Positions 50,401 to 62,951 of a stretch of DNA of 64,000 nt are shown one piece after another (position 1 is the first letter of the stretch; every line of letters begins with the position of its first letter). Made by a program: the position numbers and the translations under genes. Source of the DNA: Eutreptiella sp. 'Long Island Sound 2002' (Eukaryota; Protista; Euglenida); contig OZ038378.1 in the NCBI GenBank assembly GCA_964036045.1, positions 82,646,001-82,710,000 of the forward strand. Direction: 5' to 3'. The notes under the pieces are model-generated. The model was not told the DNA's origin, did no database searches, and saw nothing but the letters and a program-made list of their open reading frames with translations.

Positions 50401-50859
50401 GGGGGCGGGGGAGAAGGGTGATATCGCGAGCCCCCCCCCCCCCCCGGGAGGCCGCAGTGTCCATGGAGGGTGCGGGGGGAGCCATATGGTGTCTGGAGGT
50501 GGCTCGGGCAGGTGCCCGGAGCCTCAAGGCGAGCAGAGGGGCGGCAGATTGGCACAAGACCAGCCACCAACACTTGCACTTCATGCAAGAGAATCGCCTT
50601 CCTCAAACAGGGGAACACACATTGTTGACCTTTTTGCCTGGAAAACGGTCAATCGGCAATCCCAGCCCGCAACTGACTCCTAGCATGCCTACGGCGACAT
50701 CCACCCCAATTACTGAGCAATCCGTTGTGCCCGCGGAATTGCTACACCCACCCCCACCTCGTCCGAAAATGCTGCCATTTTGAATCAAAGACGCCGACCA
50801 TTTACGCTGGCCATATCCACTACTACGCCACGGACATGAGAAAGCCTAATCGGGTCTAA

Positions 50860-53160
50860 TTGATGGCTTTGGCTTGGAATCGGCAGACATGTACATGCCA
50901 AGGATGCTATGATTGCATGGGGTGCATTGTACCATGTTCCCCATGTGCTAGTGTGAGCAGAAGTGTTGTGCTGCATCGTTGGATGGTTGAGGGTAGAGAA
51001 CGGGACAAAGGTGTACAACATTGGAAGTTAGGCTTCAAGGCTTTGTGCATCCAGGCCGATGGTCACCGTCGTGAAAAGAGGACCGTCAGTCAAAAATTGG
51101 CTCGTAGCATTCATCGATGCCGACACTTGATGTACAAATGTGCAGAATTGAAAGCATTGGTCCTTGCGGTTGCGGACGATGATCAGCCGTTACTACAAAG
51201 GCGCGTGGCTCAGCTCATTGGTGCTAGACATTCCCCTTCCTGTTATGGCAGACATGTCCAAGGCGTTCAAAATCAGAACATATACCGAGAAAGAAAAGGC
51301 TATTGCCGGATTAGCCACTCTTGGTGTGGGTGGGTGTGAATTTTTGAAAGCTGCCAACCGCAGGTGCATCTTGCCATCGTATGACACGGCTGTGGTGGAC
51401 ATGAAGTTCGAAGAGCCGTTGCGCCCGGGGATCGCCGCAATACCGACATTCATTCTAAAACGTCTCCCCGACCATCTTGAACCGCTCTTATGGGATCCCC
51501 TTGTGGACAAGATTTCTTTGTGACCTAAGATTGGGGTGTTGAAATCGGGGCATGCGACCGGTACATGTAGAACGTGCACCTCGAGGGAGCATCGCTTGGT
51601 TGACCAAGAAACGGTGCATGAATTGGCTAACTTGCTTGAGGACTCTTAACTCCAATGTCCATTTCGCTGAGTATGCAACAATGTGGTCGGTTGCTCCCCA
51701 CCATGGTTCCCTTTCCCGACCCATCCCGCTTCGGGTAGTTCCCACTTGCAACCGCTTCACCTTTCACGACATTGCCCGACAATGTAGGCTACTTGTGGCT
51801 GCATTTGGTGAAGTATTGAAGTCTGCACGCCCACGTGATGCCATGGCGTTGACAACCACTAAGGGCGATGATCGCCGCAGCGGTGCCTTGGATCAGAGCT
51901 TGTACCGGGAACTTGCTCGGGCCCATGCACCCATGGAAATGCCGATGCCCTTCGACTCATTCTTGGTTGATGATCCCGGGATGGCGGCAAATTTTGAATC
52001 CCGCTCATGAGCTTGCCCGATTGCGCAATGCCATCTTGAGCTGCAGCATAAAGATGTAAGGCGTTCGCCTTATCGCAGAAGCATTGCTATCCATAGCCCA
52101 TCACGTGGGCATTACGATTGGTGACCATTTGCCAGCCCCCGATGACGAGCAAAAGTTCAAAACCATCAAACACTTTTGGGCCACTTTGAGGCCCCTTGCA
52201 AATGCAGCCGTGACTCATGCTGCCCTACCTGAGCATTTGAAATTGCTGTCATGGGATTTGTACCTATTGGGTTCCCGAGTTGACATGTTTGTCCGTGCCA
52301 TTCTTGATGTAGCATTTGATGTTTACCTTGCTCGTGGCGTGCTGGTTCAAGCTGGTGTTGGTTTCATGGCCATTTTCATTGAGTGGTATGGACATGCGTT
52401 GAACAAAACGCGCTACAAGCGTATACAACGAACGTTGCTAAGCTTCCTTGTCACCGGACATCGCTTGCAAGACATGGAGGCATCATGGGGTATCCCACAA
52501 CATATGTACATGGTCCTGCCAGGAAGCCAGTGCCCGGAAGGGCTGTTCCGTGTTGTCCGTACTATTTGTACGGATCGCAAGTGCTCAGACCTTGAACTTG
52601 CAACACGTTGATTCGGCTTGCATAATTGCCAATGTGTATGCGAAATATCCGGAATTGCGGGTCACAAGCCTTGCAAGTGCAATGGACAAATTGAACTTTG
52701 AAACCTCTCCCTCGGAGCAAGAAGTGCGCAGCTCTCCCCGGCTGAGCTGTGCGCTTTGGAGGTAGGCGAAACCGCCAACAGTGCAACCCAAAAAGTAGCA
52801 CGCACTACCAAAAGGTAGAAGGACGCGAAAACCAGCAAAAAACTCCGCGGTGAGTCGAAATTGCAACGGGAGGCAGTGGCCAAAGCTAATGAAGCCGAAG
52901 AGGATGCATGCTGGCAACAGGCATTGCGCCTAGGCGACCAAGATGCCGAGCAAGCTATGGCAAACCAAGACATGGCTGATCTTGCTTATGATCCACGCAC
53001 CGGATTAGAGCCCTCAAATTCTGATGAAGAGAAAGTGGATAGTAATTCGGGGGCCTCTGATGCCCCAATTTCCGACTCCTCCGACTCAAGCTCCAGCACA
53101 TTCCCATCATCTAGCTCCTCATCCAGCTCTCGTGCTGCAGCGGTAAATGCTGGTACCTAA
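50860..53160 (+). mobile_element. Decayed DNA transposase, P-element superfamily-like (THAP9-type DDE)
   Basis: YTEKEKAIAGLATLGVGG...LPSYDT; LVDKISL (D-E-like first acidic motif); KGDDRRS; NPAHELARLRNAIL (D-x-x-H-x-x-K-x-x-RN-like, reached after a frameshift at ~51995); PEGLFRVVRT...ANVYAKYPE; acidic Ser-rich tail. Recognised from remembered family motifs only. Confidence 0.6.
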
Positions 53161-53282
53161 AAGAAAACGTGCACCACAAAGAAGGCCTACCCTGCTAAAT
53201 GTAAGCCTTTCATTGAAGATACAGCTCGAAACAAGACAAAGGCCATGTAATTTGGAAGAGATTCCCACTACACTCTTGTGAG

Positions 53283-55680
53283 CTAATTTGGATCTCCATT
53301 GTGTGAACCGGCTTGGATCTCCACTTTGTGAACCCGCTTGGATATCCATGGTGTGAAACGGCTTGGATCTTCATTGTGTGAACCGGCTTGGGTCTCCATT
53401 ATGTGAACCAGCTTGAACCTTCATTGTGTGTACCGGCTTGGATCTGCATTGTGTGAACGGGCTTTGATTCTTCATTTTGTGAACCGGCTTGGATCTACAT
53501 TGTGTGAACCGGCTTTGGATCTCCATGGTGTGAACCCGCTTGGATCTCCATTGTGTGAACGGGCTTGGATCTTCATTGTGTGAACCGGCTTGGGTCTCCA
53601 TTATGTGAACCAGCTTGAACCTCCATTGTGTGTACCGGCTTGGATCTGCATCCCGTGAACGGGCTTTGGATCTTCATTGTGTGAACCGGCTTGGATCTCC
53701 ATTGTGTGACCTAGCTTTGGATCTCCATCGTGTGAACCAGCTTTGGATCTCCATCGTGTGAACTAGCTTTGGATCTCCATTGTGCGAACCAGCTTTGGAT
53801 CTACATTATGTGAACCCGCTTTGGATCTCCATGGTGTGAAGCGGCTTGAACCTCCATTGTGTGAAGCACCCTGGATCTCCATTGTGTGAACCGGCTTGGA
53901 TCTCCATTGTGTGGCCCTGCTTTGGATCTCCATTGTGTGAACCAGCTTGAACCTCCATTGTGTGTACCGGCTTGGATCTGCATTGTGTGAACGGGCTTTG
54001 GATGTGCATTGTGTGAACCGGCTTGGATCTCCATTGTGTGACCTGGCTTTGGATCTCCATTCCCCGAACTAGCTTTGAATCTCCATTGTGTGAACTAGCT
54101 TTGGATCTACATAGTGTGAACCAGCTTTGGATCTCCACTGTGTGAACCGGCTTGAAGCTCCATTGTGTGAAGCACCTTGGATCTCCATTGTGTGAAGGCT
54201 TGGAATTCCATTGTGTGACCCTGCTTTGGATCTCCATTGTGTGAACCGGCTTGGATCTCCATTGTGTGAACCGGCTTGGATCTCCATTATGTGAACTAGC
54301 TTGAACCTCCATTGTGTGTACCGGTTTGGATCTGCATGGTGTGAACGGGCTTTGGATCTTCATTGTGTGAACCAGCTTGGATCTCCATTGCGTGACCTAG
54401 CTTTGGATCTCCATTGTGTGAAATAGCTTTGGACCTACATTGTACGAACCAGCTTTGGATCTCCACTGTGTGAAGCGGCTTGAAGCTCCATTGTGTGAAG
54501 CACCTTGGATCTCCATTCTGTGAAGGCTTGGAATTCCATTTTGTGAACCTGCTCTGGATCTCCATTGTGCGAACCATGTTTGGATCTGCATTGTGTGAAC
54601 CGGCTTGGATCTCCATTGTGTGAACCGGCTTTGGATCTTCATTGTGTGAACCGGCTTGGATCTCCATTGTGCGACCTAGCTTTGGATCTGCATTGTGTGA
54701 ACGGGCTTTGGATCTCCATTGTGTGACCTGGCTTTGGATCTCCATTGTGTGAACCAGCTTTGGATGTCCATTATTTGAACCAGCTTTGGATCTACATTGT
54801 GTGAACCGGCTTTGGATCTCCATTGTGTGACCTAGCATTGGATCTGCACTGTGTGAACGGGCCTGGATCTCCATTATGTGAACCAGCTTGAACCTCCGTT
54901 GTGTGTACCGGCTTGGATCTGCATTGTGTGAACGGGCTTTGGATGTGCATTGTATGAACCGGCTTGTATCTCCATTGTGTGACCTGGCTTTGGATCTCCA
55001 TTGTGCGAACTAGCTTTGGATCTCCATTGTTTGAACCAGCTTTGGATCTTCATTGTGTGAACCAGCTTTGGATCTCCGTCGTGTGAATCGGCTTGAAGCT
55101 CCATTGTGTGAAGCACCTTGGATCTCCATTGTGTGAAGGCTTGGAATTCCATTTTGTGACCCTGCTTTGGATCTCCATTGTATGAACCACCTTTGGATCT
55201 GCATTGTGTGAACCGGCTTGGATCTCCATTGTGTGAACCGGCTTGGATCTCCATTATGTGAACCAGCTTGAACCTCCATTGTGTGTATCGGCTTGGATCT
55301 CCATTATGTGAACCAGCTTGAACCTCCATTGTGTGTATCGGCTTGGATCTGCATTGTGTGAACGGGCTTTGGATCTCCATTGTGTGACCTGGCTTTGGAT
55401 CTCCATTGTGTGAACGGGCTTGGATCTCCATTGTGTGACTCAACTTTGGATGTCCATTATGTGAACCAGCTTTGGATCTGCATTGTGTGAACCGGCTTTG
55501 GATCTCCATTGTGTGAACTAGCATTGGATCTCCATTGTGTGAACGGGCTTGGATCTCCATTTTGTGACCCAGCTTTGGATCTCCATTATGTGAACCGGCT
55601 TGGGATTCCATGGTGTCAACCGGCTTTGGATCTCCATTGTGTGACTCGGCTTTGGATGTCCATTGTGTGAACCGGCTTGT
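53283..55680. repeat. 25/26-bp satellite, consensus GGCTT(T)GGATCTCCATTGTGTGAACC
   Basis: About 90 tandem units. Recurrent variants (GAAGCACC, GGAATTCC, GTGTACCGG) indicate higher-order blocks. Confidence 0.95.
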
Positions 55681-56449
55681 TTCTCCAAGGCAGGTCATTG
55701 TGGGGCACGTGCCATACCTTGGCTCCACGGCCGTGGCGTGTCCATGATTTGATGGTGTGAATTGAAACGGCCGGTCCGAAAGATGGGCGTTGTGGGGTCC
55801 ACAACGGACATGGGGCACCCGTTGAACGGCCAGGACGAGCCATTCCAACCACGCGGGGTCCATCACCTAGCAGTGTAAGGCAATGGACATGTACATAGTG
55901 GGAAGGAAACCAGGACGGGCGATTGTACCCATGCGGGGTCCACCGGTTGCTTGCCCGGTTTCTCGCCCATGCACTGTGCATGGGGACTCTTACCGCCGAC
56001 AAGAGGCCAGAGTGGGGCGCTACGACACGGTGCGTAGCCGGGAGTCCTCGGGGACTTTTGTGCCCTTAAACATAAATAGCACCCGTGTCGGCAATGCATG
56101 TTGTTTGCTGGTTCGTGCCATATTGCTGCAAAGTATGCCATGGAGCAGGGGCCACTGACGGCTACATGTCGCAAATGGCATGTTGGACATGGGCTAGTAC
56201 CCTGAATAGCCAAACTTGACGAATGCCAACGAGTGCCAAAGGCATGTTATGTGGTTGGAACACCGTGATTATGTGTGGTACGTGCGACATTGGAAGAAAA
56301 GCTTTTTTTGTAGAACCCACTTTTTTCGTACCCCCCCCCCCTAGGGGGGTCACCCCCCAAACAAATATACCACCCGGTATCAAAAATCTTTCTTCCCCCC
56401 CCCCCCCGCGCGGCACCTGCCACACCCACCACGTACCCGGCCGCTGCCC

Positions 56450-57250
56450 ACAAGTGGGCGCGTTGCCGAAATCACCCAGACCAACAGGGGGGTACCAAAC
56501 ACCTCGGAGCTATGGGGACAACATCAGCAACAACCTAGGAGTGGGCGGATTGGCTATGTCATACCTACCGTCTGTGGGGGTCACCAACACTTCATAGTGG
56601 GGAATAAAATCAGAAGCATCCCGCAAGTGGCTGGATTGGCTATGTCACCCTTGCCGTCTTAGGGGTCCCCAACACTTCAGTGCGTGGGAAGAGGACAGCA
56701 CGAGGCGACATGGGGGTGGCCTAGCTATGTCACCCATGCCGTTTCGGGCATCCCCAACTCTTTAGAGCGGGGAATAAAATCAAAAGGAGCCCACAAGGAC
56801 TGGCCACGTCACCCCTGCCGCCTGCGGATGTCCCGAACCGTTCATAGCGCGGAATAAAATTAGAAGCCGCCGACAAGTGGCTAGACTGGCTTCGTCACCG
56901 CTGCCGTCTTAGGGGTTACCAACGCTTTGGAGCAGGCAATGAAATCAAAAGTGGTCTACAAGTGGGCGGACTGGCTACATCACCCGTGCTGTTTGGAGCC
57001 TCCCTGACCCTTCACAGCGGGGGACAAAATGAAAAGTGGCCCGCAAGTGAGCGGATTGGCTATGTCACCGCTATTGTTTGAGGGGTCCCCAACGCTTTAG
57101 GGGAGGGGGAAAAAATCAAAAGTGGCCCACAAGTTGGTGCATAGGTTACATCACCACTATTGTCTTGGGGTTCCCCAACGCTTCAGAGCTAGGCGACATA
57201 GTCAGAAGTGGCGCAAAAGTGGGCGGATTGGCTACATGACCCTTGCCATC
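56450..57250. repeat. ~85-bp minisatellite, about 10 diverged units
   Basis: CAAGTGGGCGGATTGGCTATGTCACCC...GGGG.CCCCAAC.CTT...GGGGAATAAAATCA recurs at about 56540, 56625, 56712, 56795, 56875, 56960, 57045, 57130 and 57217. Confidence 0.85.
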
Positions 57251-57259
57251 TGGGGCCCC

Positions 57260-57900
57260 CCGGCTACGATCCTACGCTTTGCATCGGCCCGCACACCCTC
57301 CGTGCGCACTTGCAGCTGCCTACCACGCTCCTAGTGCACCCCACAGAAGCCTTTTGCAGCCTCAGTACGCCCCGCACCTGACCCCCATGTTCTCCATCCG
57401 CCCTGCAGTAGCCCCTTGCACTCCTCGTGCACCATGTAGTTGCCCCTAGTGGTCTCTTTGCGCCCTATAGCTGCCCCCCACACTCTCCGTGCGCCCTGCA
57501 TGTGAGCCCCGCACTCTCTATGTGCGCTGCAATTTGCCCCCCGCTCTCCATGCGCCATACAGCTGTGCCGCCTTGTGCACCCGCAATGCCCCACGGATAC
57601 GCCGCCTGAGTGCCCCACTGCCACAACACTGCCACTCCCTGTTTCCGCAGCGCCACCGCAGCCCTGATCTCCCATACCTGGATGCCTATTGCCCTCAGTA
57701 CGCCAGCGCTACCTTCGCCCCGTGCCCACATGGCTTGACGCTTGCTTGCAACGACCGGTGCCACAAAAACCTCGGCGACGCCGCGCCTCCACATTACCGA
57801 ACAGCGCAACCCCCCTGTGCCTTGGTGCCTCCACAACGCCAGGCCACCTCGAGGCCATGGCACTTTAGCACCCTCATGCAGCCATGCGGCATTGCCAAAC
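57260..57900 (+). repeat. Diverged copy of the CCCCATG-family repeat seen at 41735-48300
   Basis: Shared motifs CCCTGCAGTAGCCCC, CAGCTGCC and GCCCCA.G..., in the same orientation. Confidence 0.55.
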
Positions 57901-58837
57901 CACCCTGTGCGGCGGCGCTACCGTGTCCCTCGCTTGAGTGCTCTAGGGCTGACTCCCTGCGCCTCTAGGGCTCGCCGGTGCTTGCGCGCGTTGGCTCATC
58001 CACGTTGCGGCAAGCCCACGCCTCACCGCTGATATGAGCCAAGCAGACTGCTGAGAGAGTGGGCCGTAGTGGCGATGCATACATGGCGTGGCATATTAAT
58101 GATCATAGCGTCCGGGGCGGCGTGGCATTTGCGGTGTGACAAGATTTTTGGGTCGGAGGTGCAATCCAATTTTTTTTTTGCAAAGTTGCATCATGCATTG
58201 CTAGTCTATAGGACCATCTACAATGATCTACTAGGGGGAGGGGGGTAAGGCACATGTGGAATGCAAAACAGTACTTCTTCGCCATAGAACCAAAATGAGT
58301 GACTGGCCCGACCTAAATGTGGCATAAGCCTAACCCGCAGATAGTATAGGTCGATCCTATGAATAATGGTTGAGAGATCACCATCCGGAACTCTCGCACA
58401 ATTTAACCGAAGCGCAGGTGTGCTGTATGGAACATTGGTTGAAAAACCAGACGGCTCTCACTGTATCGCACCCCCCCCCCCCAGCCCCCGGTACCGCCAG
58501 TTGGAACCAGTGCGTGCCGCTGATTGGCCTTCCTTGCTTGCCCTCCGGCCATCCGCCAACGGATCCATGCTTGCGGTGGTTGTGTCCATGGCACCTCCAC
58601 CGAGGTGCCACACGTGGGTGCACAAAGTGACCAGCCAGCAATAGCCTGCCCCGCGCAAGGCTTGGTCCCGAGCAGTTCATAGCGCCCCTTCCCCAACAGT
58701 AGCCCACGGATGGCCCATGGAGGGCCGCGGCCTACGTTCACAGCTACGGCCCTCACCTCGCCGTCCGGAGCGAGCATCCCCCGCCACCCCACCCTAGCTG
58801 CCCCTAGCGCGCCCGACCCCTGCCCCTTGCCCGCTTA

Positions 58838-59213
58838 CACTGCAAGTAAAAATTACCCTAGGTAAAAACTACAAGCAGTAAAAATTAGAAGCGGTACAAT
58901 TATCACGGTCTGAGGCCCCTCCCAGGATAATTACACCCAAACCTACGTGTGCACACATGAAGACGGTGTAGATTATTTACGCAACCTATAGGATTGTCGC
59001 TTGTGCTTTGATCTGTGGTGTTCCATTGGTTGAAACAGGAGAAAAGATGCTTGCTCTTGCCAAAAAACCCTACAACCAGCTGAGAAAATATCAAAGAGCA
59101 TTGGCTAGGCGGCGGAAAAAGTTCACGGCGGGGAATATTACAAGCGGTACAAATTCTCACGGTCTCGTAGGCTGTGGGCCAATTTTTACCCAAGGTAATT
59201 TTTACCCACACTG
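58838..59213. mobile_element. Tc1/mariner-type MITE (376 bp) with TA target duplication
   Basis: TA at 58836-58837 and 59214-59215. Left TIR CACTGCAAGTAAAAATTACCCTAGGTAAAA; reverse complement of right TIR CAGTGTGGGTAAAAATTACCTTGGGTAAAA. Internal repeat CAAGCGGTACAA(A)TT.TCACGGTCT. Confidence 0.8.
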
Positions 59214-62200
59214 TACGTCACAGGTATAGTGCGGCGGCGGCAGCCCTCCCCCAAAAGCTGGGGGAGGGCCCTGACCACATCAGAGTCACAGGGAACCGGG
59301 ACCCCAAAGGTATCCGGCGGGTGGTCCTCCCTTCCCCCCCGCGCGCACGACACCCGAACACCGCCCACCCCCTCCCTACGCACAGCTCCCCCCGTTTTCA
59401 AGGCAACCCCCCGGTCACACCAACTGCCCCCAGAAACTGCTGTGCATCGGTCGCCCTCTTGGCCAGAGGGGCTGTACCAGCGTTGCTCACTTGCGCCCTT
59501 CGCAGGGAGAGCGTGGCAGCGAAGTTCCCGCTATCACGTGCTGGGTGCCCCAGAAACCAAACATTCGATCCCCTACCCCTCCCCCCTTCCAATGCATCAT
59601 GATGGGGGGGTGTACACTCTTTGCTACGGGTCCCCCCACGAGGGGGGACCCTATCAGTCAGTCATAGGCCAACATACCCCTTAAACCCCTCCCCCCTGCT
59701 CTTGATCCCTCCCCCGAACCTCCATACTGAACGGGCTTTTTTCTCTGTTGAATGGCATCAATAGACAAGATTGTACGGTTGTACAGTTCTGATCAGCTGG
59801 TGTCAAAGTACCGCGAGAAGCGGTGGGTTTGGAGGTTGCGCAAACGAAGGACTGGCAAGGGAAAGAAACGGAAAACAGGTCCAAGTTTGTATGAGAAAAT
59901 CGACAGTTTGGACCCTGATTTGTGCAGAGGGTAGGATGCAAGCGATGTGGACAGTAGCGGAACGGAGGCCAGTCAGTCCTCAGAACCCAGCAGCAGCTGT
60001 GATCCCACATCCAATGATGGTGAATTCAGGAATTGCAGCTGTGAAGAAGAGGAAGGGTAGAATGGGGAACAATTCTGGGCAAACACTGTGTCAAAATTTT
60101 CCAGTAGAATGCACGACTGAATGAATGAGGAATGAATGAAGTATTGTGTTCATTGCATACCTTACTGTTTGCATACACCTCTATTAGGGATTGACAGCAA
60201 GCACCTGAGATGGACTACCATGCGAGCAGGGGGGATTCGGCCAGAATCCCCCCCCCCATCCTCTTTCAATACAAGCTTGACCTTGTCCCAACCCGGCGTG
60301 CACGTCAATTTTTGGATTTTGTGGTTCCACTTGAAGCGCCATCAACACGTCCATCAGCAAGGCCCCAAGTGGCTTCCAAATGAGGAATCAAAGGAAATTG
60401 GTCCCATTTCGAATCCTGTGTAAGGATTCGCGATGAATCCTCAGCAATCGGGCGCCAAGCAACAGCCATGTTGGCGCATTTTGGGGTTATTTCCTCCCCC
60501 CCTGAGCTGATCTCGACGCATAAGATCATGTGACCCAAAATGACATCGCATCAGCAAAGGGCATGACACTGGTTGCACGGTAACTGACCTCCCTGCAATG
60601 GGGGTGGGGGACAGGGTTTTCCTTTTTCAGTCTGATAGGGGGCGGCGTGGTAATCCTCTCCCCCAACTCCCGAACCTCCTTCCCCCGCTCCCCCACAATT
60701 CCATAGATTGATTGTGTCACTATCCAACATTTTTGCAGTGTTGTCAGGGATTGCCGTCGAGCACCCCCCAGGAAGCCTGTGAGTCTTAATACTGGCCTCT
60801 AAATCCAACTCTCAAATGTGGGATGTGGGATGTGGTGGCGCACCAGTGGAGTAAATGGCAATTGGCCTTGTAGTAGGTACCAGGCGGATAGGGTGGGCAG
60901 GACTTCTCTTGTACGGTGGTGTCACACAGGAGGAGGGGACCCCCCCCCCCCAGGCCTCAACCACAGCAGGGCCCTCCACCGTGGCAGAGTGCTTGCACTC
61001 CGCACTGGAGATGTTTGCTGTGTGGATCTTGAATGTGTTGGTGCCACAACCCGCCGCTATGGAGAAACAGAAATGGTGGGCCAACACAGTGGCCTGGTGG
61101 ATTTTTGTGACCCCGGCAAGCCTCGGCAAAGGAAGGCCTGGCCGAGATCTTTGTGAATGGCGAGAAGTCGATTGACACCGCTGACTACAAGGAGAGCAGC
61201 AAGATTGCAAGACTTTGTGCCAGACCCCCCTGACCCCCCAGACTGAGCCTGATGTAACCTGAGACCCGACCACGAGCCAGGACCAGTGATGCCAGAACAA
61301 TCAGTGGGAAGAACTTGGCGGAAGCTCGGACATTCGGTAATGAACCTTGTGAGGAGCAGGCACAGCCAGAGCCTGAGGCGCGCATTGCACCCTCACCATT
61401 CTGCCCCCCCACCACCACCCCTGGGGATAGCTGTGTCGGAGCGGTGACCTTGAGGCAGCATTCGGTGCTGGTCTGGTTTGCGCTGCGAGAGCAGCAAGGC
61501 AAAAGACTTTGTGATTGTGGAACAATTGAGAAGTGTTGAACTGAGTGAGTCTGGCATGAGGTCAGGATAATGCTGATTATTTCATAACCTGACATCATAG
61601 CCTACACCAGAGAGGGGCGCTGGTGCATGTTCAGGGTGCTGCCTCCTTGTGGTGTGATTGCAGGCTCTGCCTCCCATTTCCATGATACACGCTGTTCCAA
61701 CCAAAGTAGTTTACGAATTGTTGCTCCCTCCCATCGCCATCGGCATCCACTCAATCGGCTTTTGGGGGACCAGCGCCTGGGATGGCACGCCCGCGACAAT
61801 CCTTTCGCTCTTTGGTGGCTGCGCATGTCTGTGCGCATGGCTTTTCAAATGCCGTCTCAAACCACTCGTGATACCATCACACATCCGCATGCGAGGGGCA
61901 GGGCTGTGCTTGGAGAAGCAGTTCAGAGGGGGTCTCAGGTGGTGACTGGCGAAGTGGGTGGACACAAATCCAGGCGGTTACAACCGGTTGGAGAGCGGTT
62001 CGGGCGGAACAGACTCTCAGTGCCAAAGTGGGCAGGGGAGGGGGAGGTTCTAGGGGAGACCCTCCCCTCCCCATGTTACAGAAGGCTGATGGTGTCTCAA
62101 CATGCTGTGTAGCCCGCACATTATATCCATCGCTGTGCTGAAGCCCAGTCCCCAGGCCTGTGCCGATTCTTCTTTCTGCGAGGAGGAGGGTCACCCCCTG

Positions 62201-62332
62201 CCCCCCCTGCGCGCCGTAGAACCCCCCCCCTAGGACCCCCCCCCTCCTCTTTAAGCGGAGTCAAAAGTAGGCGCGTGTGCACGATATAATTTCTTGTTGT
62301 TTGATGGGCAGTGGCCTTGTGTTGTGCAAGTA

Positions 62333-62951
62333 CAGGGGGGGGGGGAAATTTTCGCCAGGGGAGAATTTCGCGGGGAAAATTTCGCCGTTAAGAAAGGTGG
62401 CAAAATTTTCCCCTGGCGAAATTTTGGCGCAGCAGTTCCATCCTGAAGAAACCCAAGGCTGATCTTGTGAATTTTTTGCAACAGCTTGGGTATTCACAGT
62501 ATGCAGTGCCACTTGCAGCTGCTGGATTTGCATGCATGAAAGAGCTCACTCTTATTAATATGGCAGCACTTAAAAAATGTGGTGTCCTGGATGGCCACGC
62601 ATTAAGGATTGTTGATGCCTTGAAAAAGAAGCCTGCACCTTCTGCACCAGTTACTGGATCGTCTGCATCAGATTTCATGAAGCTGCGCAAATTGCATCAA
62701 CCGGATTTGAACCAACGCCTGTGTAATCAGAACCAAGTGCATGTACCACTGGAGTAATGACCAGATCCGACATCTATGTCCTCAAGGGGCATATAGAGAC
62801 CGAGAGACAAAAAATTTTTCGAAAATTGAGAGACATTTTGCGAGACACATGCTTGCTTGGGGCTTTGGGGATTTGAAGGGTGGCGAAATTTTCCCCTGGC
62901 GAAATTATCCCCTGCGAAATTGTCCCCGGGCGAAATTTCCCCCCCCCCCTG
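62333..62951. mobile_element. TA-flanked TIR element (619 bp) with subterminal AAATTTCGC repeats
   Basis: TA at 62331-62332 and 62952-62953. Both ends read CAGGGGGGGGGGGAAATTT(T)CGCC.GGGGA.AATTTCGC from the outside inward. Confidence 0.9.
62440..62757 (+). other. SAM (sterile alpha motif)-like ORF inside the TIR element
   Basis: ADLVNFLQQLGYSQYAVPLAAAGFACMKELTLINMAALKKCGVLDGHALRIVDALKK follows the SAM pattern (W/F)L..LGL.QY...F......L..L....L...G(I/V)...GH...I..A+. Confidence 0.7.

Noticed and set aside
53801-55866. Minus-strand 'MEIQAGSHNGDP' repeat proteins
   Set aside because: Translations of the 25/26-bp satellite in multiple frames.
59750-62000. Possible hAT transposase remnant (BED-like 'DGITSGLRRHLKSHAH' on the minus strand; acidic tail at 59752-60058 on the plus strand)
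   Set aside because: The hints lie on opposite strands and no catalytic motifs or TIRs could be established; needs a profile search.
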